The notes below the pieces were generated by a model. It saw only the letters and a list, made by a program, of their open reading frames with translations, was not told the origin of the DNA and did no database searches. From Candidatus Micrarchaeota archaeon (lineage in GTDB: Archaea; Micrarchaeota; Micrarchaeia; Anstonellales; Bilamarchaeaceae), in contig WJMN01000025.1 of the NCBI GenBank assembly GCA_014727925.1, positions 2,575 to 66,574 of the forward strand: a DNA stretch of 64,000 nucleotides. Reading direction: 5' to 3'. The stretch's first letter is position 1. Each line of letters starts with the position of its first letter. Made by a program: the position numbers and the translations under genes. Positions 18,067-27,015 of this stretch are shown in pieces.

Positions 18067-18372
18067 TTGGCTGAGATATGTCCGAAATGCGGAATGATAG
18101 AGGATCTCTGCGCATGCGAGATTCTGGATAAGGAAGAAGTGACGAAGATAAGGGTTTACGTAACCAAGAAAAAGTTCAGAAAACTGGTTACAGTGATTGA
18201 AGGCATAGACAAGAACCGGGTGTCCGAAGCGGCAAAATCCCTTAAACAGGCTCTGGCCTGCGGAGGCAGCGCAAAGGAAGGATCAGTTGTACTACAGGGA
18301 AACCACAAGAGGAAAGTGAAGGGGATCCTTGTTAAACTGGGATATCCGGAGGAAAGCATAGAAGTTGAGTAG
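18067..18372 (+). CDS. sui1: translation initiation factor aIF1 (SUI1)
   Basis: N-terminal CPKCG..CAC knuckle and a SUI1 core (KIRVYVTKKKFRKLVTVIEGI..LACGGSAKEG). TTG start 6 nt after GAGGGA. Confidence 0.88.
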   Translation: MAEICPKCGMIEDLCACEILDKEEVTKIRVYVTKKKFRKLVTVIEGIDKNRVSEAAKSLKQALACGGSAKEGSVVLQGNHKRKVKGILVKLGYPEESIEVE

Positions 18373-18657
18373 ATGGGAAGAGATGGGCGTGCGGCCGGAT
18401 GGCCGCTGCACCTGATGGGTGAGTTCATCGGAAAGCACCTGAAGGTGCTAGAAAGCCCTGTTGAAAGCTTCTATGAAAAAGAAGGAAAAATCGTGGATGA
18501 AACAAAAAACACCTTCGTGATTGAGGCCGGGAAAAAGGAAAAAATAATTCCGAAAAAAGGCTCGGTCTTTGAAATCGGGAGAATGATAGTCCGCGGTGAT
18601 GAAATAATGTTCAGGGCCGAAGAACGGCCGAAAAAACTCAGAAAGAAAATAAGGTGA
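18373..18657 (+). CDS. rnp1: RNase P protein component 1 (Rpp29/Pop4)
   Basis: EFIGKHLKVLESPVESFYEKEGKIVDETKNTFVIE...KKGSVFEI, and the canonical position between rpl29/sui1 and rps17. The start could instead be the ATG at 18415. Confidence 0.75.
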   Translation: MGRDGRAAGWPLHLMGEFIGKHLKVLESPVESFYEKEGKIVDETKNTFVIEAGKKEKIIPKKGSVFEIGRMIVRGDEIMFRAEERPKKLRKKIR

Positions 18658-18661
18658 TAAC

Positions 18662-18964
18662 ATGGTTGAAGATAAAGCAACTGGGAAAAAAAGGCCCCTC
18701 TCAATAAGAGGTGCAAGACTGGTGGGCAAAGTAGTCAGTGACAAGAACAAGAAAACCGTTGTTGTTGAAAGAGACATGATAAAGAAAATAACCAAGTATA
18801 AGAGGATGGCAAGGGGCCGCTCCAGGGTTCAGGCACACAACCCTGATGAAATTGGGGCAAATGTGGGGGACATTGTTAGGATTGGAGAAACAAGAAAAAT
18901 AAGCAAGACAAAGTCCTGGACAGTTATTGAAATAATTTCAAAAGCAGAAGAGGTGGAAGCATGA
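18662..18964 (+). CDS. rps17: 30S ribosomal protein uS17
   Basis: RGARLVGKVVSDKNKKTVVVERD...HNPDEIGANVGDIVRIGETRKISKTKSW. Confidence 0.93.
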   Translation: MVEDKATGKKRPLSIRGARLVGKVVSDKNKKTVVVERDMIKKITKYKRMARGRSRVQAHNPDEIGANVGDIVRIGETRKISKTKSWTVIEIISKAEEVEA

Positions 18965-19359
18965 AAGGCCTTGGTTCACATATTCCAAAAACACTTACGC
19001 TCGGAAGCAGGCTGCTCTGCCATGACAACTCAGGAGCAAAGCAGCTGCAGATAATCGGGGTTTCGGGATACCGCGGTGTGCGTGGGAGAAACCCCAAAGC
19101 AGGAGTGGGAGACACAGTAATCGGCTCTGTGAAAAAAGGAAAGCCGGATATGGTGAAAAAGAAGGTGAAGGCAATAGTGATAAGGCAGAAGAAAGAAATT
19201 GGAAGGCCAAATGGTCTGCACGTGGGATTTGAGGACAATGCCTGCGTGCTGGTGAATGATGAGCACCTTCCGATTGGCACGGAAATCAAGGGGGTCGTGG
19301 CCAAGGAAATTGCCGAAAAATTCCCAAAGGTTGCTGCGATAGCACCGGGAGTGGTATGA
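18961..19359 (+). CDS. rpl14: 50S ribosomal protein uL14
   Basis: GSRLLCHDNSGAK..GVGDTVIGSVKKG..RQKKE..RPNG..FEDNACVLVN. Confidence 0.96.
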   Translation: MKGLGSHIPKTLTLGSRLLCHDNSGAKQLQIIGVSGYRGVRGRNPKAGVGDTVIGSVKKGKPDMVKKKVKAIVIRQKKEIGRPNGLHVGFEDNACVLVNDEHLPIGTEIKGVVAKEIAEKFPKVAAIAPGVV

Positions 19360-19368
19360 GGGATAATC

Positions 19369-19716
19369 ATGAAAAGAAGAAAGGAAAGAAGAAAAATTTA
19401 CACTGAAAAACTGCATGAGAAACGGGCAAGGCTCAGGGTGCACCTCCCAAAGGAACTCAGGGAAAGTGCAAAGATGGGCAGGAGGTCTGTGCTGATAAAC
19501 AAGGGGGATACCGTAGAGGTAATGCGGGGGAAACACAAAGGAAAGAGTGCCAAGGTGCAGAAAGTGAGCCACACAAAAGGAAAAGTTTACCTTGAGGGAA
19601 TTACCCTTAGGAATGCAAGAGGGGTGGAAAGCCTTGTGCCATTTCCGCCTTCAAATCTCAAGATGGTTTCCATGAAAGAATCTGCCCACAGGAAGGGCAT
19701 GGTGAGAGGTGAGTAG
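19369..19716 (+). CDS. rpl24: 50S ribosomal protein uL24
   Basis: KOW motif INKGDTVEVMRGKHKGKSAKVQKV. Confidence 0.92.
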   Translation: MKRRKERRKIYTEKLHEKRARLRVHLPKELRESAKMGRRSVLINKGDTVEVMRGKHKGKSAKVQKVSHTKGKVYLEGITLRNARGVESLVPFPPSNLKMVSMKESAHRKGMVRGE

Positions 19717-19717
19717 A

Positions 19718-20416
19718 ATGGGCAAGAGAGGAAGAAAAGGACACACCAAAAGGATAGCGGTTCCAAAAGCGGTGCCCGTCCATGACAAAAAAGAAACATT
19801 CTGGATAGCAAATACCAGGCCGGGTTCCCATTCAAAAAAGAAGAGCATGCCGCTTGTTGTGCTGCTCAGGGAAGTGCTTGGGGTAGCAGAAACTTCGGGA
19901 GAAGTAAAAACTATACTCAACGAGAGGAAAGTGCTTATAGACGGGATCCCGAGGACCGACCACAGGTCGCCTGTAGGGTTCATGGACATTGTTTCCCTTC
20001 CGCTCGCTGATGAACATTACAGAATAACTGTGAGAAATGGAAGGCTGTTCCCTGAGAAGATTGAAAAGGAGCAGGCTGCAGTCAAGCTGCTGAAAGTTAC
20101 GGGGAAGAGAACAGATGGAGGAAACAAAATAGTGCTCGGGCTGCATGATGGAAGGAACATGGTTGGGGACAACAACGTGAAAGCAGGGGACACCGTGGAG
20201 TATCTTCTTGAGGAAAAGAAGATGGGAAAGGTGCATAAATTCGAAAAAGGAGCAAAATGCATAATCACAGATGGAAAGCACTCGGGAACGGTGGTCACAC
20301 TAGAGGAGATATTCCCAAGTGAAACAGGAAGGCCTGCAGAGGCCCTAGTCAGCTCCGGAGATGGAAACGAGAGCTTCAGGACACTTGCAGGGTACCTGTT
20401 TGTGGTGGGTGAGTGA
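19718..20416 (+). CDS. rps4e: 30S ribosomal protein eS4
   Basis: MGKRGRKGHTKRIAVPK...REVLGVAETSGEVKTILNERKVLIDG. Confidence 0.93.
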   Translation: MGKRGRKGHTKRIAVPKAVPVHDKKETFWIANTRPGSHSKKKSMPLVVLLREVLGVAETSGEVKTILNERKVLIDGIPRTDHRSPVGFMDIVSLPLADEHYRITVRNGRLFPEKIEKEQAAVKLLKVTGKRTDGGNKIVLGLHDGRNMVGDNNVKAGDTVEYLLEEKKMGKVHKFEKGAKCIITDGKHSGTVVTLEEIFPSETGRPAEALVSSGDGNESFRTLAGYLFVVGE

Positions 20417-20418
20417 GA

Positions 20419-20937
20419 ATGGCAGAAAAAGAGAACCCCATGAAGGAGATAATCGTGGAGAAAGTCACTGTAAACATGGGCGTGGGGGAACCCGGGCAGC
20501 CGCTTGAAAACGCAAAAAAGCTCCTGGAGAATCTTAGCGGGAGAAACGTAGTAGAGACAACCGCAAAAAAGAGGAACCCAACCTTCAGGCTCAGGAAGGG
20601 GCTTCCAATTGGGGTAAAAACAACTCTAAGAGGTGAGGGTGCAGTAGCTTTCCTTGAAAAGGCGCTCGCTGCCAGAAAGAAGGTTCTCAGCGAATCAAAC
20701 TTTGATAAGAGGGGCAACTTTGCATTCGGAATAAAGGAATACATTGACTTTCCCGGTGCAAAATACGACCCTTCAATAGGGATGCTTGGCTTTGATGTTT
20801 GCGTTACCCTGGGAAGGAGGGGGAGCAGGATAAAAAAGCGCGCCCTCAACACTGCAAAGGAAGGGCGCGGGCACGTGCTGTCAAAGGAGGAGGCAATAGA
20901 ATTTGCAAAATCCAAGCTTGATGTTAATCTGGAGTGA
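20419..20937 (+). CDS. rpl5: 50S ribosomal protein uL5
   Basis: NPMKEIIVEKVTVNMGVGE...FGIKEYIDFPGAKYDPSIGMLGFDVCVTL. Confidence 0.95.
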   Translation: MAEKENPMKEIIVEKVTVNMGVGEPGQPLENAKKLLENLSGRNVVETTAKKRNPTFRLRKGLPIGVKTTLRGEGAVAFLEKALAARKKVLSESNFDKRGNFAFGIKEYIDFPGAKYDPSIGMLGFDVCVTLGRRGSRIKKRALNTAKEGRGHVLSKEEAIEFAKSKLDVNLE

Positions 20938-20941
20938 TCAC

Positions 20942-21100
20942 ATGGCAAAGGTTCCACCTGAAGAAAAATACAAAGGAAAAGGAAAACGGAAATGCAGGAT
21001 ATGCGGAACTGCAAAAGCAGTAATACGGAAATACGACCTCTACATATGCAGGAGGTGCTTCCGTGAAGTAGGGGAATCCATAGGGTTCCGCCAATATTAG
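20942..21100 (+). CDS. rps14: 30S ribosomal protein uS14 (zinc-ribbon type)
   Basis: CRICGTAKAVIRKYDLYICRRCFRE. The ATG at 20942 is inside the longer track ORF. Confidence 0.92.
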   Translation: MAKVPPEEKYKGKGKRKCRICGTAKAVIRKYDLYICRRCFREVGESIGFRQY

Positions 21101-21109
21101 GTGATATGC

Positions 21110-21496
21110 ATGGCAATAGATCTTCTTGGAGACGCGATGAACACCATAAAAACCCATGAGAGACAGGGGATACAGGAATGTACCGTAAGGGCATCTAAGC
21201 TAGTGGGGGAAATACTCGGGCTGTTCAAGGAAAATGGATATGTTGAGAAATATGAATTCGTGGATGACGGCAAAGGTGGAAACTACAAAGTGAAGCTGGG
21301 CGGATTCATAAACAACTGCGGGGTAATCAAGCCAAGGATGGCAGTTAAAAGAGGAGACTGGGCAAAGGTGGAGCAGATGCATATTCCTGGAGTTGGGGTT
21401 GGAATGATAGCAGTCTCAACCCCGGCAGGAATAATCACGAACAGAGAAGCCCAGGAGAAGCAGGTTGGTGGAAAGCTGCTTGCGTTTGTATATTAG
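21110..21496 (+). CDS. rps8: 30S ribosomal protein uS8
   Basis: MAIDLLGDAMNTIKTHERQG...GVGMIAVSTPAGIITNREAQEKQVGGKLLAFVY. Confidence 0.94.
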   Translation: MAIDLLGDAMNTIKTHERQGIQECTVRASKLVGEILGLFKENGYVEKYEFVDDGKGGNYKVKLGGFINNCGVIKPRMAVKRGDWAKVEQMHIPGVGVGMIAVSTPAGIITNREAQEKQVGGKLLAFVY

Positions 21497-21517
21497 ATAG
21501 ATGATGTGTGTGATAGT

Positions 21518-22015
21518 ATGATAGAAATGAAAGTACCTGCAGGTGTTGAAGTTGCCTTGGAAAGAAACAAGGCAACTGTCAGCGGACCCAATGGCTCCGT
21601 TGAAAGGGAGTTTAGAGGAACTACCCTTGACCTCAGGCTCGAAGGCGACAAGCTCATGATAGTGGGCAAAAATAAGGCCATCGAGCACACCGTAAGGGCA
21701 CATTTCAGGAACATGTTTGAGGGCGTTACCGAAGGATTTAGAAGAAAGATGATAATCCGGTATGCCCACTTCCCCATGACCCTGGAAGTGAGAGGCAAGA
21801 ACATAGTTATCTCCAACTTCATTGGAGAGCGGAAGCCACGGAAAACAAAGGTCCATGGAGATGCGAAAGTTGAAGTGAAGGGGCAGGAAGTGATAATTTC
21901 CGGCCCGGACAAGGAAGCGGTTGGTCAGACGGTTGCTAACATAAGGAAAACAACCAAGATCAAAACCCATGACAACAGGATATTCCAGGATGGAATTTAT
22001 CCTGTAGAGGAGTAG
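21518..22015 (+). CDS. rpl6: 50S ribosomal protein uL6
   Basis: VPAGVEVALERNKATVSGPNGSVEREF...YAHFPMTLEV. The start (21506, 21518 or 21527) is uncertain. Confidence 0.93.
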   Translation: MIEMKVPAGVEVALERNKATVSGPNGSVEREFRGTTLDLRLEGDKLMIVGKNKAIEHTVRAHFRNMFEGVTEGFRRKMIIRYAHFPMTLEVRGKNIVISNFIGERKPRKTKVHGDAKVEVKGQEVIISGPDKEAVGQTVANIRKTTKIKTHDNRIFQDGIYPVEE

Positions 22016-22024
22016 GTGGTATTC

Positions 22025-22450
22025 ATGGCAGAAGAAAAAGGGAAAAAGGCATCTTCTTCAAACACAGGAAAAAAGGAAAAACCGAAAAGATATTCGGTGA
22101 AGAAGAAGGCAAAGAAAACATTCTATGTCCCAAACTCAACAGGGAAGCGCAGGATGAAAAGCGTAAAGCCCAGGTGGAGGCGGCCCAGGGGAGAAGACAA
22201 CAAGAAAAAGCGGAAGAAAGCGTTCTTTGGGGCTTCGCCCAGAGTGGGAAACAAAAACGCGCCGGAGATGAGTGGGCTCCATGTGCTCGGGCTGCCTGAA
22301 ATCCTTGTAAGCAACCCTTCAGAACTTGAAGGGGCAGAAGAAGTCCTGGTAAGGATTGCAGCCGGAGTCGGCAAAAGAAAGAGAGAAGAGATAATCAAGA
22401 AGGCAGAGGGGATGAACCTCAGGGTACTCAACAAAGGGGTGAAAAAATGA
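22025..22450 (+). CDS. rpl32e: 50S ribosomal protein eL32
   Basis: KPRWRRPRGEDNKKKR...GLPEILVSNPSELEG. Basic N-terminal extension. Confidence 0.88.
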   Translation: MAEEKGKKASSSNTGKKEKPKRYSVKKKAKKTFYVPNSTGKRRMKSVKPRWRRPRGEDNKKKRKKAFFGASPRVGNKNAPEMSGLHVLGLPEILVSNPSELEGAEEVLVRIAAGVGKRKREEIIKKAEGMNLRVLNKGVKK

Positions 22451-22947
22451 GTGCAGACACGATAAAACGGCTCGCCGCAGACATCATGAAAGTAGGCAAA
22501 AACAGGGTAAGGATAAAAGAAGGGGAATATGCAAGGGCGATGGAAGCACTTACCCGTGAAGATGTAAAGGGGCTTATAGATGATGGGGCAATCTACAGCC
22601 TAAGATACGTTGGGGAAAGGAAAAAGCCGGTGAAAAAGAGGAAGGGCCCGGGAAAGCGCAAAGGAAAGAAATACTCCAGAAAAGGCAAAAAAGAAGCCTG
22701 GATGGAAAAAGTGCGCTCCCAGAGAAAGTACCTCAAAGAGCTGCTTGAGAGCGGAGAGCTCCCGGCAGAGCACAGGAGAAATATTTACCTTAAGATAAAG
22801 GGCGGCTCCTTCAGGGGAAAAAAGGCACTGCTTACTTACCTGAAAGAAAACGAGTACTATGCAGAGCCAAAAGCAAAACCAGAGAAAGCGGAAAAATCCG
22901 CAGAAAAGGAGACGCCGAAAAAACCTGAGAAAGAGGTAAAGGAGTGA
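22447..22947 (+). CDS. rpl19e: 50S ribosomal protein eL19
   Basis: IKRLAADIMKVGKNRVRIKEGEYARAMEALTREDVKGLIDDGAI. Lys/Glu/Pro-rich tail. Confidence 0.9.
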   Translation: MSADTIKRLAADIMKVGKNRVRIKEGEYARAMEALTREDVKGLIDDGAIYSLRYVGERKKPVKKRKGPGKRKGKKYSRKGKKEAWMEKVRSQRKYLKELLESGELPAEHRRNIYLKIKGGSFRGKKALLTYLKENEYYAEPKAKPEKAEKSAEKETPKKPEKEVKE

Positions 22948-22951
22948 TTAC

Positions 22952-23530
22952 ATGGCAAAAGCAAAAGGACCAACATACTCTGTTCCCTTCCGGAGAAGAA
23001 AGGAAAGGGCAACAGACTACAGAAAAAGGCTTGGGCTGGTAAAATCAGGAAAGCCTAGGCTGGTCGTGAGAAAGACAAACAAGCGCGTGCTGGTGCAGCT
23101 CGTGGAATTCCAGCCTGCGGGAGACAGGGTAATCCTCTCAGTTAATTCAGACAAACTGAAGAAATTCAAGTGGGCCTCTCGGAGCAACCTTCCAACTGCA
23201 TACCTAACAGGGTATTATGCAGGGGTGCTCGGAAAAAAGGCAGGTCTGAAGGAATTCGTGCTGGACATTGGGCTGGTGCGCCCAATAGTCGGAGGGCTCT
23301 CCTTCGCTGCCCAGAAAGGTGCAGCAGATGCAGGCCTGGAAACGCCCATGGGAGAAAATATAGTTGATGAAAACAGGGTGAAGGGGAAACACATAGAGGA
23401 ATTTGCAAAATTGCTTTCAGATGCAGAATACAAAAAGAAGTTCTCAGCTTACCTGAAAGAGGGCTTTGACCCAAGGAAGTTTACCGAGCTTTTTGAAAGT
23501 GTGAAGGAGGCAATAAGCAAGGAGGCATGA
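22952..23530 (+). CDS. rpl18: 50S ribosomal protein uL18
   Basis: PFRRRKERATDYRKRLGLVKSGKPRLVVRKTNKRVLVQLV. Confidence 0.92.
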   Translation: MAKAKGPTYSVPFRRRKERATDYRKRLGLVKSGKPRLVVRKTNKRVLVQLVEFQPAGDRVILSVNSDKLKKFKWASRSNLPTAYLTGYYAGVLGKKAGLKEFVLDIGLVRPIVGGLSFAAQKGAADAGLETPMGENIVDENRVKGKHIEEFAKLLSDAEYKKKFSAYLKEGFDPRKFTELFESVKEAISKEA

Positions 23531-23534
23531 TCAT

Positions 23535-24197
23535 ATGGGAAGAAGAGGCAAAAGAAGAAGGCAGGAAAAAGTACGGATGCTTGATATTGAGGCATGGGAA
23601 CCAAAAACAGAGATAGGGAGGCTTGTAAAAAGCAAGGAAGTCAACACAATAGAAGAGATATTCAACCGTGGAAAGCCGATACTTGAACCTGAGATAATTG
23701 ATGCCCTCCTGCCGGAACTGGAAGCAGAGATACTGAGCGTAAGCCCGACACAGAGGGCTACAGACTCCGGAAGAAAAATGTCCTTCCGGGTAATTGCAGT
23801 AATCGGTGACAAGAAAGGCCATGTAGGGATAGGTGTCGGAAAGAACAATGAGGTAAAGCCGGCAATAGATTATGCAATGCTTGATGCAAGGAAGAATATT
23901 GTGGGAGTAAAAACCGGATGCGGCTCCTGGGAGTGCAAATGCGGAGCCCTCCATTCAATTCCCAGGGAGGCAAAAGGAAAATATGGGAGTACCGAAGTTA
24001 CTCTCAAGCCAGCGCCAAAAGGCCTTGGGCTTGCAGCAAACTCCACTATCAAACAGGTGCTTGAAACCGCAGGAGTGAGGGACATCTGGAGTTTTGCAAG
24101 GGGATCCACCTCCAATATATACAATATGGCCATGGCAACGATAAACGCTCTTGACTCGCTTAACAAGATGAAGCCCCAGCCGGGTGATAAGATATGA
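23535..24197 (+). CDS. rps5: 30S ribosomal protein uS5
   Basis: FRVIAVIGDKKGHVGIGVGKNNEVKPAIDYA...KPAPKGLGLAAN. Confidence 0.95.
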   Translation: MGRRGKRRRQEKVRMLDIEAWEPKTEIGRLVKSKEVNTIEEIFNRGKPILEPEIIDALLPELEAEILSVSPTQRATDSGRKMSFRVIAVIGDKKGHVGIGVGKNNEVKPAIDYAMLDARKNIVGVKTGCGSWECKCGALHSIPREAKGKYGSTEVTLKPAPKGLGLAANSTIKQVLETAGVRDIWSFARGSTSNIYNMAMATINALDSLNKMKPQPGDKI

Positions 24198-24625
24198 AAA
24201 TCGCAATAGTTAAGGTAAGGGGAAGAAGGAACATCTCCCCCAGAATAGCAAAAACCCTTGAGCTGCTCAACCTTGAGCGGACCAACAACTGCGTAGTGAT
24301 TGAGGACACCCCCCAAAACATGGGCATGGTGCAGGTTTGCAAGGACTACATAACGTATGGGCCCATAGGTGAAAAAACCCTGTTTGAACTTCTCAGGAAG
24401 AGAGGGGAGAAGGGGGGCAGGAAACTCAGGGAGGTTATGGAAGAAGAAGAGATAAAGCAGGCCACGAGCAAGATAATGCATGAAGAGAAAGTGCAGAATT
24501 TTGCAGACCCTGTGTTCAGGCTGCACCCTCCCGGAAAGGGCTACAAAAACATTAAAAAGCCGGCACCCGAAGGAGACCTGGGCAGGAGGAACGAGATGGA
24601 CTCCCTTGTTAAAAAAATGATGTAA
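24194..24625 (+). CDS. rpl30: 50S ribosomal protein uL30
   Basis: IAIVKVRGRRNISPRIAKTLELLNLERTNNCVVIEDTPQNMGMV. Confidence 0.9.
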   Translation: MKIAIVKVRGRRNISPRIAKTLELLNLERTNNCVVIEDTPQNMGMVQVCKDYITYGPIGEKTLFELLRKRGEKGGRKLREVMEEEEIKQATSKIMHEEKVQNFADPVFRLHPPGKGYKNIKKPAPEGDLGRRNEMDSLVKKMM

Positions 24626-24632
24626 AGAGGTG

Positions 24633-25028
24633 ATGCTAATGCCGGAAAGGAAAGACAGGAAAATAAAAAAGTACCGTGGAACCAGGAGCTGCGGGACAGG
24701 CAACACTAAAAACAAGAGGGGTTCAGGCTGTAGGGGAGGCGTAGGGAACGCAGGGCTGCACAAGCACAAGTGGAGCTGGGTAACCAAAAACGACCCCAAT
24801 CGGTATGGGAGAGAGGGGCTGAAGAGAAAGGGCCACAGGCTGAAGGTAATGAACCTGTACCAAATAGACTCGCTTGCCGAAAAAGGAGAAAAGAAAGTGG
24901 AGTTCAAGGGTAAAATCCTTGGCACAGGGAAAATCAGGAGCCCGGTTGAAGTAAAGGCCCTTTCCTGGAGCGCAAGGGCAGAGGAAAAGATAACTGAAGC
25001 AGGCGGGAAAATCTCCAAAATAGAGTGA
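24633..25028 (+). CDS. rpl15: 50S ribosomal protein uL15
   Basis: YRGTRSCGTGNTKNKRGSGCRGGVGNAGLHKHKW. Confidence 0.92.
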   Translation: MLMPERKDRKIKKYRGTRSCGTGNTKNKRGSGCRGGVGNAGLHKHKWSWVTKNDPNRYGREGLKRKGHRLKVMNLYQIDSLAEKGEKKVEFKGKILGTGKIRSPVEVKALSWSARAEEKITEAGGKISKIE

Positions 25029-25033
25029 ATATT

Positions 25034-26455
25034 ATGGGCGCAATCCTTGAATTTGGGCACAGCATAGCAAAAATGCTTCCTGAAATAAAGCCGCCGGTCA
25101 GGCCGCCGGAGGTAAAGGAAAGGTTCATGTGGACAGGGCTTGCGCTGTTCACATTCTTCTTAATGTACAACGTGATTGCCGTAGGTGCAGAAGATGCTGG
25201 AGGGGGCTTTGATTTCCTCCAGATGATTACAGCATCAAAACTCGGCAGTCTGCTGACCACAAGTATCGGTCCGATAGTATTGGCCAGCATTTTTCTCCAG
25301 CTTTTCTCAGGTGCAGGAATAATTGATCTGGACCCGAAAAACCCAAAGGAAAAGGCGAAATTCCAGGAACTCCAGAAAATCCTGGCGATTGCCATTGCAC
25401 TTATTGAAGCGGCAATTTTTGTGATGACCGGGAGGGTTATGCTTGCCGAAGGGATGGACCCCGCAATTGCAATGCCTCTGGTCATACTGCAGATTACAAT
25501 GGGTTCAATAATCGTGCTCTACCTTGATGAAGTTGTAACTAAATACGGAATAGGAAGCGGAATCAGCCTGTTTATTGCTGCAGGAGTTTCATTCTCAATA
25601 ATAGGGGGTGCCATAGGCCTGGTTTTCGGTGAATCCGGGGTGCTTTCGGTTATGGCAGGCGGGGGAGCAGAAGCGATTCCAAATGCGCTTATTGTGCTGG
25701 CCCCGATACTGGTAACTATCATCGTATGGTTTGCAGTATCGTACGGAGAAGGGATGAAAGTAGAAATACCCCTGGCATATCAAAGGGCAAGGGGCCTGAG
25801 CCCCAAGCTACCCCTGAACCTGTTTTACCTTTCTAATATTCCTGTAATTTTTGCAAGTGCCCTACTGATGAATGTGCAGCTGTTTGCAGTCGGGCTCGCC
25901 GGGCTGAGCTTCACTGTTGGGGGCGTGGATGTGGTTCATGTTCTTGGGTATGTGGATGCAAACAACCAGCTTACAGACGGGATTTTGTACCTCCTGACTC
26001 CGATTTACGGTGGGGGGCAGAACACCCTTGCGCATATAAACTTCATACTTAATGGGGTTACTCCGTTATTTGGAATACCCGAATGGGTACATGCAATAGT
26101 ATATGTTTTGTTCCTGTCCATGGTTTCTGTGCTGTTTGGTAAATTCTGGGCAGAAACATCAAACATGGACACAAAGGGAATGACTGACCAGCTTATCCAG
26201 TCAGGGATGCAGATACCTGGCTGGAGAACAGACAGGAGAATGCTGGAAAAAATACTGGATAAATACATCCCCCCGCTAATATTCCTGGGTTCATTCTTGG
26301 TCGGGCTGCTTGCAGGCCTTGCAGACCTTAGCGGGGCACTGGGTACAGGAACGGGTATATTGCTTACAGTCAGCATCTTCTACAGGACATACCAGCAGAT
26401 GAAGAGGCAGAAGATGCTGGAAAGCACTCCTTTCCTAAATGAAATCTTAGGGTGA
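25034..26455 (+). CDS. secY: preprotein translocase subunit SecY
   Basis: LPEIKPPVRPPEVKERFMWTG N-terminus, about 10 TM segments, and canonical position after rpl15. Confidence 0.95.
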   Translation: MGAILEFGHSIAKMLPEIKPPVRPPEVKERFMWTGLALFTFFLMYNVIAVGAEDAGGGFDFLQMITASKLGSLLTTSIGPIVLASIFLQLFSGAGIIDLDPKNPKEKAKFQELQKILAIAIALIEAAIFVMTGRVMLAEGMDPAIAMPLVILQITMGSIIVLYLDEVVTKYGIGSGISLFIAAGVSFSIIGGAIGLVFGESGVLSVMAGGGAEAIPNALIVLAPILVTIIVWFAVSYGEGMKVEIPLAYQRARGLSPKLPLNLFYLSNIPVIFASALLMNVQLFAVGLAGLSFTVGGVDVVHVLGYVDANNQLTDGILYLLTPIYGGGQNTLAHINFILNGVTPLFGIPEWVHAIVYVLFLSMVSVLFGKFWAETSNMDTKGMTDQLIQSGMQIPGWRTDRRMLEKILDKYIPPLIFLGSFLVGLLAGLADLSGALGTGTGILLTVSIFYRTYQQMKRQKMLESTPFLNEILG

Positions 26456-26461
26456 AAAAAG

Positions 26462-27001
26462 ATGATAATAGTTATGGGGCTGCCGGGAGCAGGCAAGAGC
26501 ACGGTGCTAGAAGGGCTTTCTGCAGATATAAAACAGCTCAACTACGGCACCATGATGTTTGAGATTGCAAAGGAAAAATTCGGGATTGGAGACAGGGATA
26601 ACATGCGCAAGCTTCCGGTGGAAAACCAGAAAGAGGTGCAGGAAGCTGTTGCAGAAAAGCTGTCCCGGGAAGATGAAAAGGTTGTCCTTGATACGCACTG
26701 CTCTGTGAAAACCTCCAAGGGGTACCTGCCCGGGCTTCCTTTTGGGCTGCTTGAGCGGCTCAGTGTGGAGGGGGTGGTTCTGATAACAGCAAACCCTGAA
26801 GAGATATTTGCAAGAAGGGTGGGGGACCCGAGCAGGGAAAGGGATGAGGAGACTGCCGAAAGTATAAGAGAGCACGATCTTATGAACAAGGCATTCCTTG
26901 CCTCCTATGCTGCACACCGGGGCTGCCCGGCAAAAATAATATACAACTCACAGGGAAAAGCTGAAGAAGCGTCTGCAGAGCTGCAGGCGATACTGGAGTG
27001 A
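26462..27001 (+). CDS. adkA: adenylate kinase, archaeal type
   Basis: P-loop MGLPGAGKST, with the length and position typical of archaeal AdkA. Confidence 0.88.
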   Translation: MIIVMGLPGAGKSTVLEGLSADIKQLNYGTMMFEIAKEKFGIGDRDNMRKLPVENQKEVQEAVAEKLSREDEKVVLDTHCSVKTSKGYLPGLPFGLLERLSVEGVVLITANPEEIFARRVGDPSRERDEETAESIREHDLMNKAFLASYAAHRGCPAKIIYNSQGKAEEASAELQAILE

Positions 27002-27015
27002 TTTAAGTGATTCCA

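Noticed and set aside
23870-25060. 396-aa minus-strand ORF
   Set aside because: It is antisense to rps5-rpl30-rpl15 and is P/L/F-rich with no motifs. Long shadow ORFs can occur by chance opposite highly conserved genes.
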